From Octopus vulgaris (lineage: Eukaryota), in assembly GCA_951406725.2 (NCBI GenBank), contig OX597838.1, forward strand, positions 7,378,001 through 7,442,000: DNA of 64,000 bases. Direction: 5' to 3'. The notes under the pieces were generated by a model, which made no database searches, was not told the DNA's origin, and saw only the letters and a program-made list of their open reading frames with translations. This document shows positions 52,399-64,000 of the stretch, in pieces; position 1 is the first letter of the stretch, and each line of letters begins with the position of its first letter. A program made the translations under genes and the position numbers.

Positions 52399-52754
52399 AT
52401 ATATATGTGCATATATATATATATATATACGCATAAAGCTATATGTATATAAATAAATATATATGTGTGTGTGTATGTATATATGTGTATGTATGTGTAT
52501 GTATGTATAATGATATGCATTGTTTCGATGGTTTATTGTAGATATTAAACACATCTATATAAACACCAGCAACCCACAAAGTCAGCCTACACCACCATCA
52601 CCTCTTCATCATCGTCGTCAGCACCAACGTCAGCAACATCAGCACTAGCAGCACTAGTATTAGTAGCAGCGACAGCCGCAGCGGTAATAGCAGGAGCAGA
52701 ATCAACATCATCATCATCGTCATCATCACCAAGAGCAGCAGCAACGAAGGTATG

Positions 52755-52778
52755 AGTAGTAGTAGTGGTGGTAGTAGC

Positions 52779-52825
<47 letters not shown>

Positions 52826-52845
52826 CAGTAGTGATGGTGGTGGTG

Positions 52846-52888
<43 letters not shown>

Positions 52889-52914
52889 AAGTAGTAGAAG
52901 TAGTAGTAGTAATA

Positions 52915-52946
<32 letters not shown>

Positions 52947-52950
52947 GATG

Positions 52951-52996
<46 letters not shown>

Positions 52997-53013
52997 AAGT
53001 AGTAGTAGTAATA

Positions 53014-53045
<32 letters not shown>

Positions 53046-53052
53046 GATGGTG

Positions 53053-53101
<49 letters not shown>

Positions 53102-53118
53102 AAGTAGTAGTAGTAATA

Positions 53119-53150
<32 letters not shown>

Positions 53151-53154
53151 GATG

Positions 53155-53200
<46 letters not shown>

Positions 53201-53217
53201 AAGTAGTAGTAGTAATA

Positions 53218-53249
<32 letters not shown>

Positions 53250-53315
53250 GATGGTGGTGTTCGTGGTAGTAGTAGCAGTAGTTGTTGTTGTAGTAGTAGT
53301 AGTATTAGTAGTAGT

Positions 53316-53384
<69 letters not shown>

Positions 53385-53385
53385 C
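52755..53385. repeat. (AGT)n microsatellite with a ~100-bp higher-order unit
   Basis: The variant pattern gat(ggt)n...agaagtagtagtagtaatagtagaa recurs four times. Confidence 0.9.
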
Positions 53386-53930
53386 GCGGCGAGAATTCTA
53401 GCTGAGAAAATAAATGCGAAATGTTAACAAGTTTATAACACGTGTTTTGCGTGTTTTACATTCACGGTTATTGGGTTTATTGCATTCAGTCGCAATTCCG
53501 TGAAAATGTGTTAATTAAATAAATTTAAAATTCTTCCTCGTGATACGATTCCGGTTTCCTTTCCAAAGTTCAATGAACTCTTCTGTACTTAAAGGCAACT
53601 CTAGAATTACGTAATGGTTTTTCGTTTTGCGTCTAATTGATTAAGAAAATCTTATTTTGTTTTATGATTTACAACGTCTGGACTTACGACTTATTTCTCT
53701 TTTGTCTTTGGTATTTGGTCTGAAAGATACTTAATGGAAACGTATGAGTTGAGACAGATTTCTTTTAGTTGTAGTTCGGTGGTTGGGGAAACAAGTGTAG
53801 CTGACCCGGATTGGAAGGGGCACAAAAGGCGACGAAATGAGCACAAAATACGACGAAAGGGATTTGACAAATATGGTTGATTTATGATTTATTGCCATGC
53901 AAATTAGATAAGATTCTTTTATATATACTT

Positions 53931-54573
53931 TTCTCTTATTTGTTTCACTCATTTGGCTACGGCTATGCTGGAGCACCGCCTTTAGTCGAACAAATCCACC
54001 CAAGGACATATTCTTTGTAAGCCTAGTTCTTATTCTATCGGTATCTTTTGCCGAAAGGCTAAGTTACTGGTATATAAACACAAAAAGGCGGCGAGCTGGC
54101 AGAACCGTTAGCACGCTGGGTGAAATGCTTAGCGGTATTTCGTCTGCCGTTACGTTCTGAGTTCAAATTCCGCCGAGGTCGACTTTGCCTTTCATCCTTT
54201 CGGGGTCGATAAATTAAGTACCAGTTACGCACTGGGGTCGATGTAATTGACTTAATACCTATGTCTGTCCTTGTTTGTCCCCTCTATGTTTAGCCCCTTG
54301 TGGGTAGTAAAGAAATAGGTATATAAACACACAAACATCGGTTGTGAAGCGACGGTGGAGAGGACAACCGCACACAGAGAAACACATGCACACATGTATA
54401 TACATATATACGACGGGCTTCTGTCAGTTTCCGTTTACCAAAACTATACACAAGGCTTTGGTCAGCTTTGGCGATAGTAGAAGACACTTGTCCAAGGTGC
54501 CAGGCTGTGGGACTGAACCCGGAACCATGTGACTGTGAAACAAGCTTCTTCCCCACGGCCACGCCCTCGCCTG
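53931..54573 (-). mobile_element. SINE family B, interrupted by a nested family A SINE
   Basis: The family B sequence resumes after the insert (...aaacac|acaaacatcggttgt); its head lies at ~54500-54573. Confidence 0.88.
54087..54317 (+). mobile_element. Young SINE family A, tail type 2 (LINE-like tail), with 14-bp target-site duplication
   Basis: Clean head ggcggcgagctggcagaaccgttagcac and B-box-like GAGTTCAAATTCC. TSD GGTATATAAACACA at 54069-54082 and 54318-54331. Confidence 0.92.
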
Positions 54574-55177
54574 ATAGTTAAAATATCTCTATAAGAGATG
54601 AAAACAGTACAATAACTATACTAAGAAGAAAATGTTTATCGCCACTTCAACATGGCTGTTCCGTAGGAAGCGACATTGCTGCCATTTTAACTCCAGGAGG
54701 ATGATTTATTGTTTGACTAAATAGCTAGTGCAACAATCTATTGTTTTTCTGGTTGGATAATTAACCATTTAATGAATAATAAACTATTGATATAGAAGCA
54801 CTGCGTGCGTTTATTACTGGCAGAATGATCCAACCGAGATACAACAAACATATCTTTCTTTTAAATTTTGCCCAAATGTTCTTTACAATTTTGATTAAAT
54901 GTTCCTTGCACACATTAAAAACAACACGAATATTTCGATGGTTGTTCAGTAGAATATCGAAAGATTTTGCCGGGCTTCAAACCAAGGTTGACACAGTTCT
55001 ATGCGTTGATTCTAAATGAGGAGGGCAAAATATTTATTACTTTACAGTGGAATCCAGTTCGATGTTTGATATGGGTCTCAATCCGACAGTTTCGTGCTAC
55101 ATCATACAGGATCTTCCATATGTGTGTAAGTACGCATGTATATATGCATGTATATATGCATATATACACATATATGC

Positions 55178-55219
55178 ATAGATAGATAGATACATACATA
55201 CATACATAGACAGATAGAC

Positions 55220-55280
<61 letters not shown>

Positions 55281-55295
55281 CAGAGAGATAGAGAG
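55178..55295 (+). repeat. (GATA)n microsatellite with no LINE inserted
   Basis: Directly visible. Confidence 0.9.
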
Positions 55296-55344
55296 AGAGA
55301 AAGAAATATTTACATATCCATATGCATATATAGGGTTAGGATTA

Positions 55345-55424
55345 GGGACAGAATAAGTACTAGTCTGAAAAGTAATGCCCTGGCGTCGATTTGTGAGATC
55401 AAAACCGTTCAAGGCGGCGCCCAA
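55345..55424 (+). mobile_element. Short degenerate family B SINE fragment
   Basis: agaataagtactagtct...ccctggcgtcgatttg...aaggcggcgccca. Confidence 0.5.
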
Positions 55425-56646
55425 TACGAATTTGAAGAGAAGGCACGGCTAGTTTGAACAGAGATGTTTCCGAATATCAACTATATAAAATATATATATA
55501 TATATTTGCATCGTTCATTCATCTGAAGTTAAGTTCTTTAATAGTAAAATTCCTGCATTGTTTCACCTACAATATGGTTTTCTGATACTAAAATTCGCCC
55601 CAGTTATGTTGTGTCGTTTATAAACTCAGATACGTTTAAAAAGAAACTTTGGATGTGACATGCAAATGTTTCAGAGAAATACAGTAAATGTAGAAATCTT
55701 GTTATGCAGTTGTTGCAAATATTTATGTGGGTCCAAGTAAAGACAGGCGTGTCAAGGCAACTCACTGAAGTGCCTGATGTGCCGAAAGTTATTAGAATAA
55801 AAGCCACGTCATTATCCTGATTGCATGTCATGCCAGAATGATATTGCTCGGAGAGATATGGAAATGTTATAGATCTTACATGCATATTATTAGGTAAAGT
55901 GTATCAGATTAAGAGAGTGTGTGAGTTAGATGAGAAAGCTCTGAAGAGACCGTTTTAAATTGTCTAACAAAGCATAACATCGAAAATGCTTTTGCGAAGC
56001 GTACAGCGCCTAAATCATACACGCGAGAGAAACAATTTAATTAGTAAAACGACCTCTACTTCTATGTGTTCGATAGTGTGTGTGGAGGGGTTCGTATTCG
56101 TGTGTGTGTGTGTGTGTGTTGTTATTGTTGTTTTTGATGTTGTTAGTCACAGATCATGCATGATCCCGCGAGAAACCTATAATCAGAAGTGAGCTTGTCG
56201 TGTTAAAGCTGCCGATCTTTTCCAGGTATAGATTATCGAGGATTACATTAGCCAATGCGTCCTTCCTTCTTAATGACGCCAAGACATTTTATGAATGCAA
56301 TTTTAGGCTGTAATTTCTGGCAGAATGATCGGGCACCTGAATGTCCACTCTTTGACTCAGACATACTGTGGTGCCACGAAGTGGACTTGGTGAATGAAAG
56401 AGGCATATTTTGTAAATATGACGAAAAAAATACACGACAAGAAATTAACTCGTTTGACTTAGGAAAAAAACATTCTGTATATAGACATAATTAAATCTAT
56501 GCTTGATGATGGGTTTAGACAGTTTGTAGGTATGGATGGTCGCTAACTGAATTAAAGAAGAGAAAACGGAAGATTGGGTGATTGATAGATTGACACATCC
56601 CAATCATATATAGACACGTGCGTGCGTGAATATATATGTGTGTGTA

Positions 56647-56685
<39 letters not shown>

Positions 56686-56732
56686 GTATGCATATATACA
56701 TATACATATATATATGATATATATACATATAT

Positions 56733-56774
<42 letters not shown>

Positions 56775-57033
56775 CATAATAATCAAAGTAAGCAAGAAGA
56801 ATAATTTCGGTAATTTGGTACGGTCGTTTCGCACTACTTCATTTTATTAAATGTTGTAAGTATTACAACAGTTTTAAAATGCTGAGCACTCATCAGCCAT
56901 TAATAGAGGTTTTCCATTAATACATAATTTTCATATCAAGTGATAACATTATAGAAAAGGTAGATATATAGACAAAGGTGTGGATTTAAATTTTAAGAAC
57001 ATTTAAGGTAGTGGAGTTTATTAACTGACTGAA

Positions 57034-57069
<36 letters not shown>

Positions 57070-57073
<4 letters not shown>

Positions 57074-57172
57074 AAATTATAGGTATATGAAAGAATGGAG
57101 TTGAACGACTAGTTAACAAATATCCTTAACTAGTCGTTCAACTCCATTCTTTAATATACTTATAATTTTAAA
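57070..57172. repeat. Inverted repeat: ~47-bp arms, 9-bp spacer
   Basis: tttaaaattataggtatatgaaagaatggagttgaacgactagttaa / ttaactagtcgttcaactccattctttaatatacttataattttaaa, with 2 mismatches. Confidence 0.9.
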
Positions 57173-57479
57173 ATAAACATACAAATTTCCGCACGAAGAC
57201 ACGTAGTCTATGCCCTAGGGACGTAGCTTCAACCGTGTTCTTTCTGATGTGAATTTGCTACCCAGGTATCGGTTATCTTTCGAATTATCCTTAATAAGAT
57301 AACTCATTCAATTACTCAAATATATATATATATATATTTGAATATTTAGAGGAGGTTTCAAATAACAGAGGTGTGTCAAAGCCAACAGTAATCCGCATGC
57401 ATAACCTCAGCTTTGGAGCTGAAACTAGTTAAAGAGATAATGAGTTAATAATTACACACACATCCACATACGCGTACAT

Positions 57480-57568
<89 letters not shown>

Positions 57569-58299
57569 TATATACATATATATATATACGGATAGATAGA
57601 TATATAGATTATATATAGATATATATACATACACACCCACACGCACACACACATACATACACACACACATACACACACACACACACATACACACACATAT
57701 ATATATATATATACGTAGGTCCTACCGCGACATCCTTTGTGTTCTGTTTTTTTATTTCATTTGATGCATGTATATATATATATATATACACACACACATA
57801 GATAGTCAGAGACTGACAATTAGCAGTGACATTACAAAAAGTGCCATATATCATAAACCTCGCATCAGATCTTTCCATTTAATACTTTCTTGGCGAATGC
57901 ATTTTCACGCTAATAGGAATCATTAATAAACTATCAATCACTCAGCCTCTAATATTACGTAACCATTTCTTTCACTTTGTCGCGTTGAATATGTACAACC
58001 TGGAGTAATTTTTTGTGATCTATAGTAATTCATAATCTCTAATTTAGCGTTAATGTGTGTGTTCCTAATACGTTTATTCGACGCTAATAAAATCTATGAA
58101 CTGAGAGTAACTGCTGATGATTAACACTTCTATAGAAACACCTTAATGTAGCTATTTCTTGAAATTATTTTCTCATCTCAAAGTAATCAATTATGTAGTA
58201 AGAGATAAATTTTTAATTAAGCGATTGTGATGGCGTCCAAAAAAACGGAATCGTTTCAACCCCGAACAAATTGAGTAATGGTAATTTTTTTTTCTGGCT

Positions 58300-58374
<75 letters not shown>

Positions 58375-59164
58375 GTGTTTTTTTTCTGCTGTTCCTTCGA
58401 TTTAGCCATGGCAAAAATCGACGAACAGGGCAGAAGCACTGCAAAACAAAGAGGCACCACGTGGCAGTATTACCGCTCCAGAGAAAGCCAGTATTACCGC
58501 TCCAGAGGAGCCCATCAAGTGGCTTCTAGCGAGGAAAGCCGGAAATACAACGTGCTTGTCTCATATAGAACGTTTCCGCTTACTTTTCGGCACCCCCTTG
58601 TTTATATATGAAACCTGAGAGATCTATATGTATCGGGGGTTAGTTGTTTTCAAGAACCATCCAGGTCTTCTTTGATGTATGTTAGGCCGACCGTTTTGGG
58701 GTTGAATGAGAGGTCATCAGGACGAGATGCTTCCCCAAGAACTGGCTACCGACAAGTAGAAAAATGTTTTCTTCACTTTACAGCACTAAGTTAATGTATT
58801 TATTCGAAGGCTTTGTAAACTGAGCTTAAAACTCTATCTCCTTAAGTTCTACGAAAGGCACAGCTATTTGTACGGAGATTTTTAGTTGCTGTCAGTATCC
58901 TGTGGGTTTTAACGTCTATGGAATAGATTTCTTCAACAGATAAGTTTCCCAAATGCTGGAATTAACACTGCTACTGCTGAGGTATTTTGGACACTCTGCT
59001 GTGAGAGGAGATTTCCACCTGTTATATTGTTTCAAGACTGGTATAATATTATCGATTCTTTCAATCTTCATTTCCAGTACCTTCGTATGAGACGTTTTCA
59101 TCAATACCTAGCTAACCTGTATAGTACCTTTCATGGCGGGTGACAGGAGAGATATTGAGACCAT

Positions 59165-59476
59165 TGGTGCTTTGTTTGTTCCTTCTAGCGCCATGCCTGG
59201 CACATAAGGGCCGGTTTCCCGGTTTCCTTGGCGTATAGGTTCCTCACCTGGACGGGACGCCGGTACATCACTGGTGAGCTGCAAGATGCAGGAGGAAAGA
59301 GTGAGAGAAAGTTGTGGCGAAAGAGTCAGCAGAAGTTCGCCATTACCTTCTGCCGGAGCCGCGTGGAGCTTAGTTATTTCGCTCATAAACACACACATCG
59401 CCCGGTCTGAGATTCGAACCCGCGATCCCTCGACCGCGTGTCTGCTGCTCTAACCACTAGGCCATATGCCTCCACA
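59165..59476 (-). mobile_element. tRNA-derived SINE, family C, tail type 2
   Basis: Minus-strand head gtggaggcatatggcctagtggttagagcagc...gggttcgaatctcagaccgggcg. It shares ctctttcgccacaactttctc with the 3949 copy and then diverges. Confidence 0.85.
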
Positions 59477-60125
59477 AGACCATTGACGTACACTGTTAGG
59501 GTTATTGGGACTTATATTACCCGTTCAACAACAAAATATGCACATTTCTTTTGGTTAAATTCGATTACTGTATCAGCTGAAAATGTTTTTTTAACATTAT
59601 TAACCTTTTTAACATAAAACTTAAGCAGATGCAAATCCTAGCATGTAACCATTTGATTTTTGAAGCAGGGCTGATAATCGACTTAATGCCAAAATGAACA
59701 GAATTACAGAATGATTATCTCCTTGGAATATTCCATTTTAAATATTTATAGCATCGGAAAAGTTTGTTCCGCTCTTAGTTTTAAGTGTAAGAATTGTTGC
59801 CCAGGTTTTTACGATTCTCAAAATGGCAGCCTTGAATGTAGCAGTTATTTTCTTTCTATCGTCACCTCATCAGAGAGATTTCCTATTGTCTCTAGATAAT
59901 CATTGTTGCTGATTTGAACCCCTTTCATCAGTCGCATACGACGACCAAAATTGTTATAATATATGATCCAGATTTGACCATTCCATCAAGTGTTTCTTTT
60001 AAAGAATATAACCTTTAATAACCACAGTTAAAATTAATTTGTGAGAAGTTTCAATGCTATTTACATGTTCACCGAAAATGTGAGCTCTCCTTCTTGAACC
60101 GATTCACCAATAAACCATTTTCTCT

Positions 60126-60163
<38 letters not shown>

Positions 60164-61189
60164 TTCTTTCCCTCTTTCTACCTCTCGCTTCCTCTCTCTG
60201 TCCCTCCGTCTCTCTCTCTCTCTTTCTCTCTCTGTCCCTTCCTGTCTCTTGTCTATCTCTCTCCCTTTCTTTCCTTGCTCTTGTTCCTGCAACTTTTGTT
60301 TCCTCCATATTCTAATCTGCTCCTCCTTTTTCAGGCGTTGCTGTAAAGGGCATTTGTATGGTTTCTATGACCGAGGAATTTTCTTCAGAAGCAGGGCAAA
60401 GAATATTAGAGACATCAGTAGCAGGAACCGAAGAATCAACAATTTTTTTTTTTTTTAGAACAAGCCCCAGTTGCGAAGTTCACTTTGCCCTCACTTCCGG
60501 AAACCGACAAACGCGATAGAAGGACATAGCCTTTCTACCTGTAGCGGTTTTACTACGATGTATTGTTGAATCATGCGATTTTTCGAATCTCCATTTTCTG
60601 AATCTCCTCGCGATTTCCTGAATCTTTAAACAATAAACAACAACATTAAATCTGAATAGATACCAGTCATACACGACTTTTCAATTAAATCCTTTATGCA
60701 ATAATTCCAAACTTTTACCCGATGCAAATATAACGTTTTCATTTATACCTTCGTTACAAAAAATATAATTTTTTTATTATTTATCATCGGATTTTCATAT
60801 TTTGAAAAGATGCGTGAGGAGGTATTCTCTAGTTGTTGAAGTTGTCATCCTTATCAAAACTATGCTATTTGTTTATGACAAAAATAAATGGTGATGCAAT
60901 TAAAAATAAAATATTTAAACGCAATGATATTTGAAATATCATAATGGCGGACTCATAGGAATTTCACAAACGGCATAATGGACAAAAATGCCGCGTTGTA
61001 TGTAGTAAGCCCTAGACATTTTTTTTCTTCTAAATATGCACGTCTTGGAAAACATTAGCCAGCCTTTATATAACATCATCTCGCAAGGGAAATGCATACA
61101 ACGCGTTTTATTTACGGGAAAAACAGTGAGAAAATGTATTTTGATTCAGATGACTTTGATATTCTGGATAATGACGCCGGTGATGCTGA

Positions 61190-61208
61190 TGCCGATGATG
61201 CTAGTGGC

Positions 61209-61283
<75 letters not shown>

Positions 61284-61297
61284 GATGATGATGATGG

Positions 61298-61379
<82 letters not shown>

Positions 61380-61387
61380 GGTGGTGG

Positions 61388-61440
<53 letters not shown>

Positions 61441-61475
61441 ATGATGATGATGGTGATGATGATGAGGATGATGAC
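61190..61475. repeat. Alternating (GAT)n/(GGT)n microsatellite
   Basis: Directly visible. Confidence 0.95.
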
Positions 61476-61800
61476 CATTGTTGTTATTGTTGTTGTGGTG
61501 GTGGTGGTAATGGTTGTTATTCTTGCTGACGAGGGTGACGTTGCTGAAGTCAGATGTGAAACCTGTTGGTGTTGTTGTTCTTGTTGTTATTGTTGTATGC
61601 GTTCCTTGGTTTGTTTGTTTTTTATGTTAAGATAGTTCTATTTATCTTTCATCTTTTCTCTATTTTTCTATTGACACTTTCAGAGTTTTTGACGTGTGAA
61701 GTGAATTTTTATTCAAAACAAAACTTTTCACCAAACTATGAGAAAATACACGCCAACACACACAAGCACATACACATACATACATACATACATACATACA

Positions 61801-61836
<36 letters not shown>

Positions 61837-61853
61837 TATGTATATATATATAC

Positions 61854-61900
<47 letters not shown>

Positions 61901-62039
61901 CATACACAAACAAACAAATCAACACAAACACACACTCCATCTCTCACTTTCTACCCCCCTTTCTGTCTAATTCTCTCGTAATGTACATGTGTATGAATGT
62001 CTGTATGCGTATATGGAAGTGCATATTATAAGTGTGTTT

Positions 62040-62072
<33 letters not shown>

Positions 62073-62208
62073 CGTGTGTGAGTGTGTGTGTGTGTGTGTG
62101 TAAGTATGCGTGGATTTATACATACATTTAATAGAAACAGACATATACAGGCATACAAAATACATATATACATATATATATATCCATATACATATATATA
62201 TATATAAT

Positions 62209-62252
<44 letters not shown>

Positions 62253-62312
62253 CACATATATATATATATTTAAAGTTGACTTTGATTGCTTTTATGTACG
62301 TATTTTTTACAC

Positions 62313-62345
<33 letters not shown>

Positions 62346-62803
62346 CAAACACACACACATATATATATACACTAACTCACACACATACACACACAAACAT
62401 ATATAAGAATTGCTATTTTGAGGAATACACAGAATAACGAACGTGTGTGCATGTAAGTTGTACAAACGAGCGTGTACATATATACATATATATGTGTTTA
62501 TATATATATATGTGTGTGTATGTATATATATATATATATGTGTATGTGTGTGTGCGTGTTGCTGTCTGCAGCCAGTGTTTCCATAAATATGTTGTCTTCG
62601 TGTTTGTTTATTTTTGTTTGTACGTGATTCAATGCTTTTGTCGGTTTGTTTGAATAGCCTTTACGCAAATTTAAATAATAATTTTTAATAAGTAAAACAT
62701 GAAAAAAAATTTATGCATACATCCGGAATATACAAACAGAGACGCATTCTTTTATACATACGTACAGATGTATATATTGATATATACGTACACACACACA
62801 GAC

Positions 62804-62897
<94 letters not shown>

Positions 62898-62921
62898 GTG
62901 TATGTATTCACACACACACAT

Positions 62922-63042
<121 letters not shown>

Positions 63043-63084
63043 CATATACATATATATATATATGTATATACTTATATATTGGTC

Positions 63085-63341
63085 TCTTACTCTTTTTCTT
63101 TCATATGGCTGCGGCTATACTGGAGCACCGCCTTTAGTCGAACAGAATCGAGCCCGGGACATATTTCTTGCAAGCCAAGTACTTATTCTATCGGTCTCTT
63201 TCGACGAACCACTAGGTTGCGGTGACGAAAACACACTAACATCGGTTGCCAAACTTACCTAAGGACCAAGGCCGTGGGACTGAACCCGGATCCCATATGG
63301 TTGGGAAGTAAGGTGCTTACCACACCCCCACTCCTGCGCCT
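63085..63341 (-). mobile_element. SINE family B with internal deletion
   Basis: The family B tail and head are present, but the central microsatellite-bearing segment is missing. Confidence 0.8.
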
Positions 63342-63389
63342 ATATATGCACATATTGATATATATATATATATATATATATATTCTTCG

Positions 63390-63508
63390 TGACCTTTTCT
63401 TCGTGTCCGACCAGCCATCAGATGTTGTTACACATCGCTGGTCACAATGTACTTCGCATTGTTTTAGCCTTCAAATGACGCCACCTCGCTGGCTAAGCGA
63501 GCAGGCCA
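63390..63508 (-). mobile_element. 3' fragment of SINE family C (tail type 1)
   Basis: The reverse complement matches 4135-4235 (ttggcctgctc..., tgtgaccagcgatgtgtaac.acatctgatgg.tggtcgg). Confidence 0.8.
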
Positions 63509-63532
63509 ATATATATATATATATATAGATAG

Positions 63533-63624
<92 letters not shown>

Positions 63625-64000
63625 TATGTATATATGCACAAACATATATGTATGTAATTTTGTGTGTCAGTGTGTCTGTGTGTGAAATTGCGTGTTTTTG
63701 TTCTCGTGTGTTGCACTCATGATCGCTTGGACTTGGACTTGGGTTCAGTTCCCGTACAGCCCGGTGCGTTGTGGTCTTATATTCAGATAAACATTGTGTA
63801 GTATGCTGTTGAAAGCCTATTCAAAATATTCGGATTTCTGATGTCAACAGCTGCATCGACTTATATGCCACTGGGTTTACGGGAATTCCTCTGCGTCCGT
63901 AGATTTTAGAGAATATATGAGAGAGACAGAAAATGGAATTCAGGAGATGGCAGCTTAAAGGTCAGACGCGGCATCAACAATTGTCATGCATCATAAATGC

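Noticed and set aside
55331-55347. TAGGGTTAGGATTAGGG as interstitial telomeric repeat
   Set aside because: Fewer than three imperfect units, which is compatible with chance.
58446-58520. CRISPR-like repeat-spacer pattern
   Set aside because: Only two repeats with a 5-bp gap, in a eukaryotic context with no cas genes.
59395-59476. Functional tRNA gene (also 3949-4025 and 51950-52015)
   Set aside because: The tRNA-like heads continue into shared SINE bodies and lack a complete acceptor stem and terminator, so they are SINE heads.

Overview
This is eukaryotic, AT-rich DNA saturated with microsatellites, and I could not confidently identify any host protein-coding gene in it. The tRNA-headed SINE families and heavy (TA)n/(CA)n/(GAT)n/(TAA)n load suggest an octopus (coleoid cephalopod) intron or intergenic region; that assignment is an inference. 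Nearly all ORFs in the supplied track are simple-repeat artefacts. The one intact coding unit is a full-length, ~6.2 kb L1/Tx1-type non-LTR retrotransposon on the minus strand (~9406-15592). It has a CCHC-knuckle ORF1 that continues in the -1 frame and an uninterrupted APE-RT-zinc finger ORF2, and (GATA)n flanks it on both sides. Its last ~45 nt closely match the 3' tail of one subtype of a tRNA-derived SINE present twice in the window. This points to a microsatellite-associated Tx1-type LINE with a partner SINE. The rest is layered transposon debris: four SINE families, some nested or with alternative tails; CR1-like, RTE and Penelope-like fragments; hammerhead-like motifs; two decayed mariner transposases; Helitron-like ends; and a near-perfect 132-bp-arm inverted repeat.
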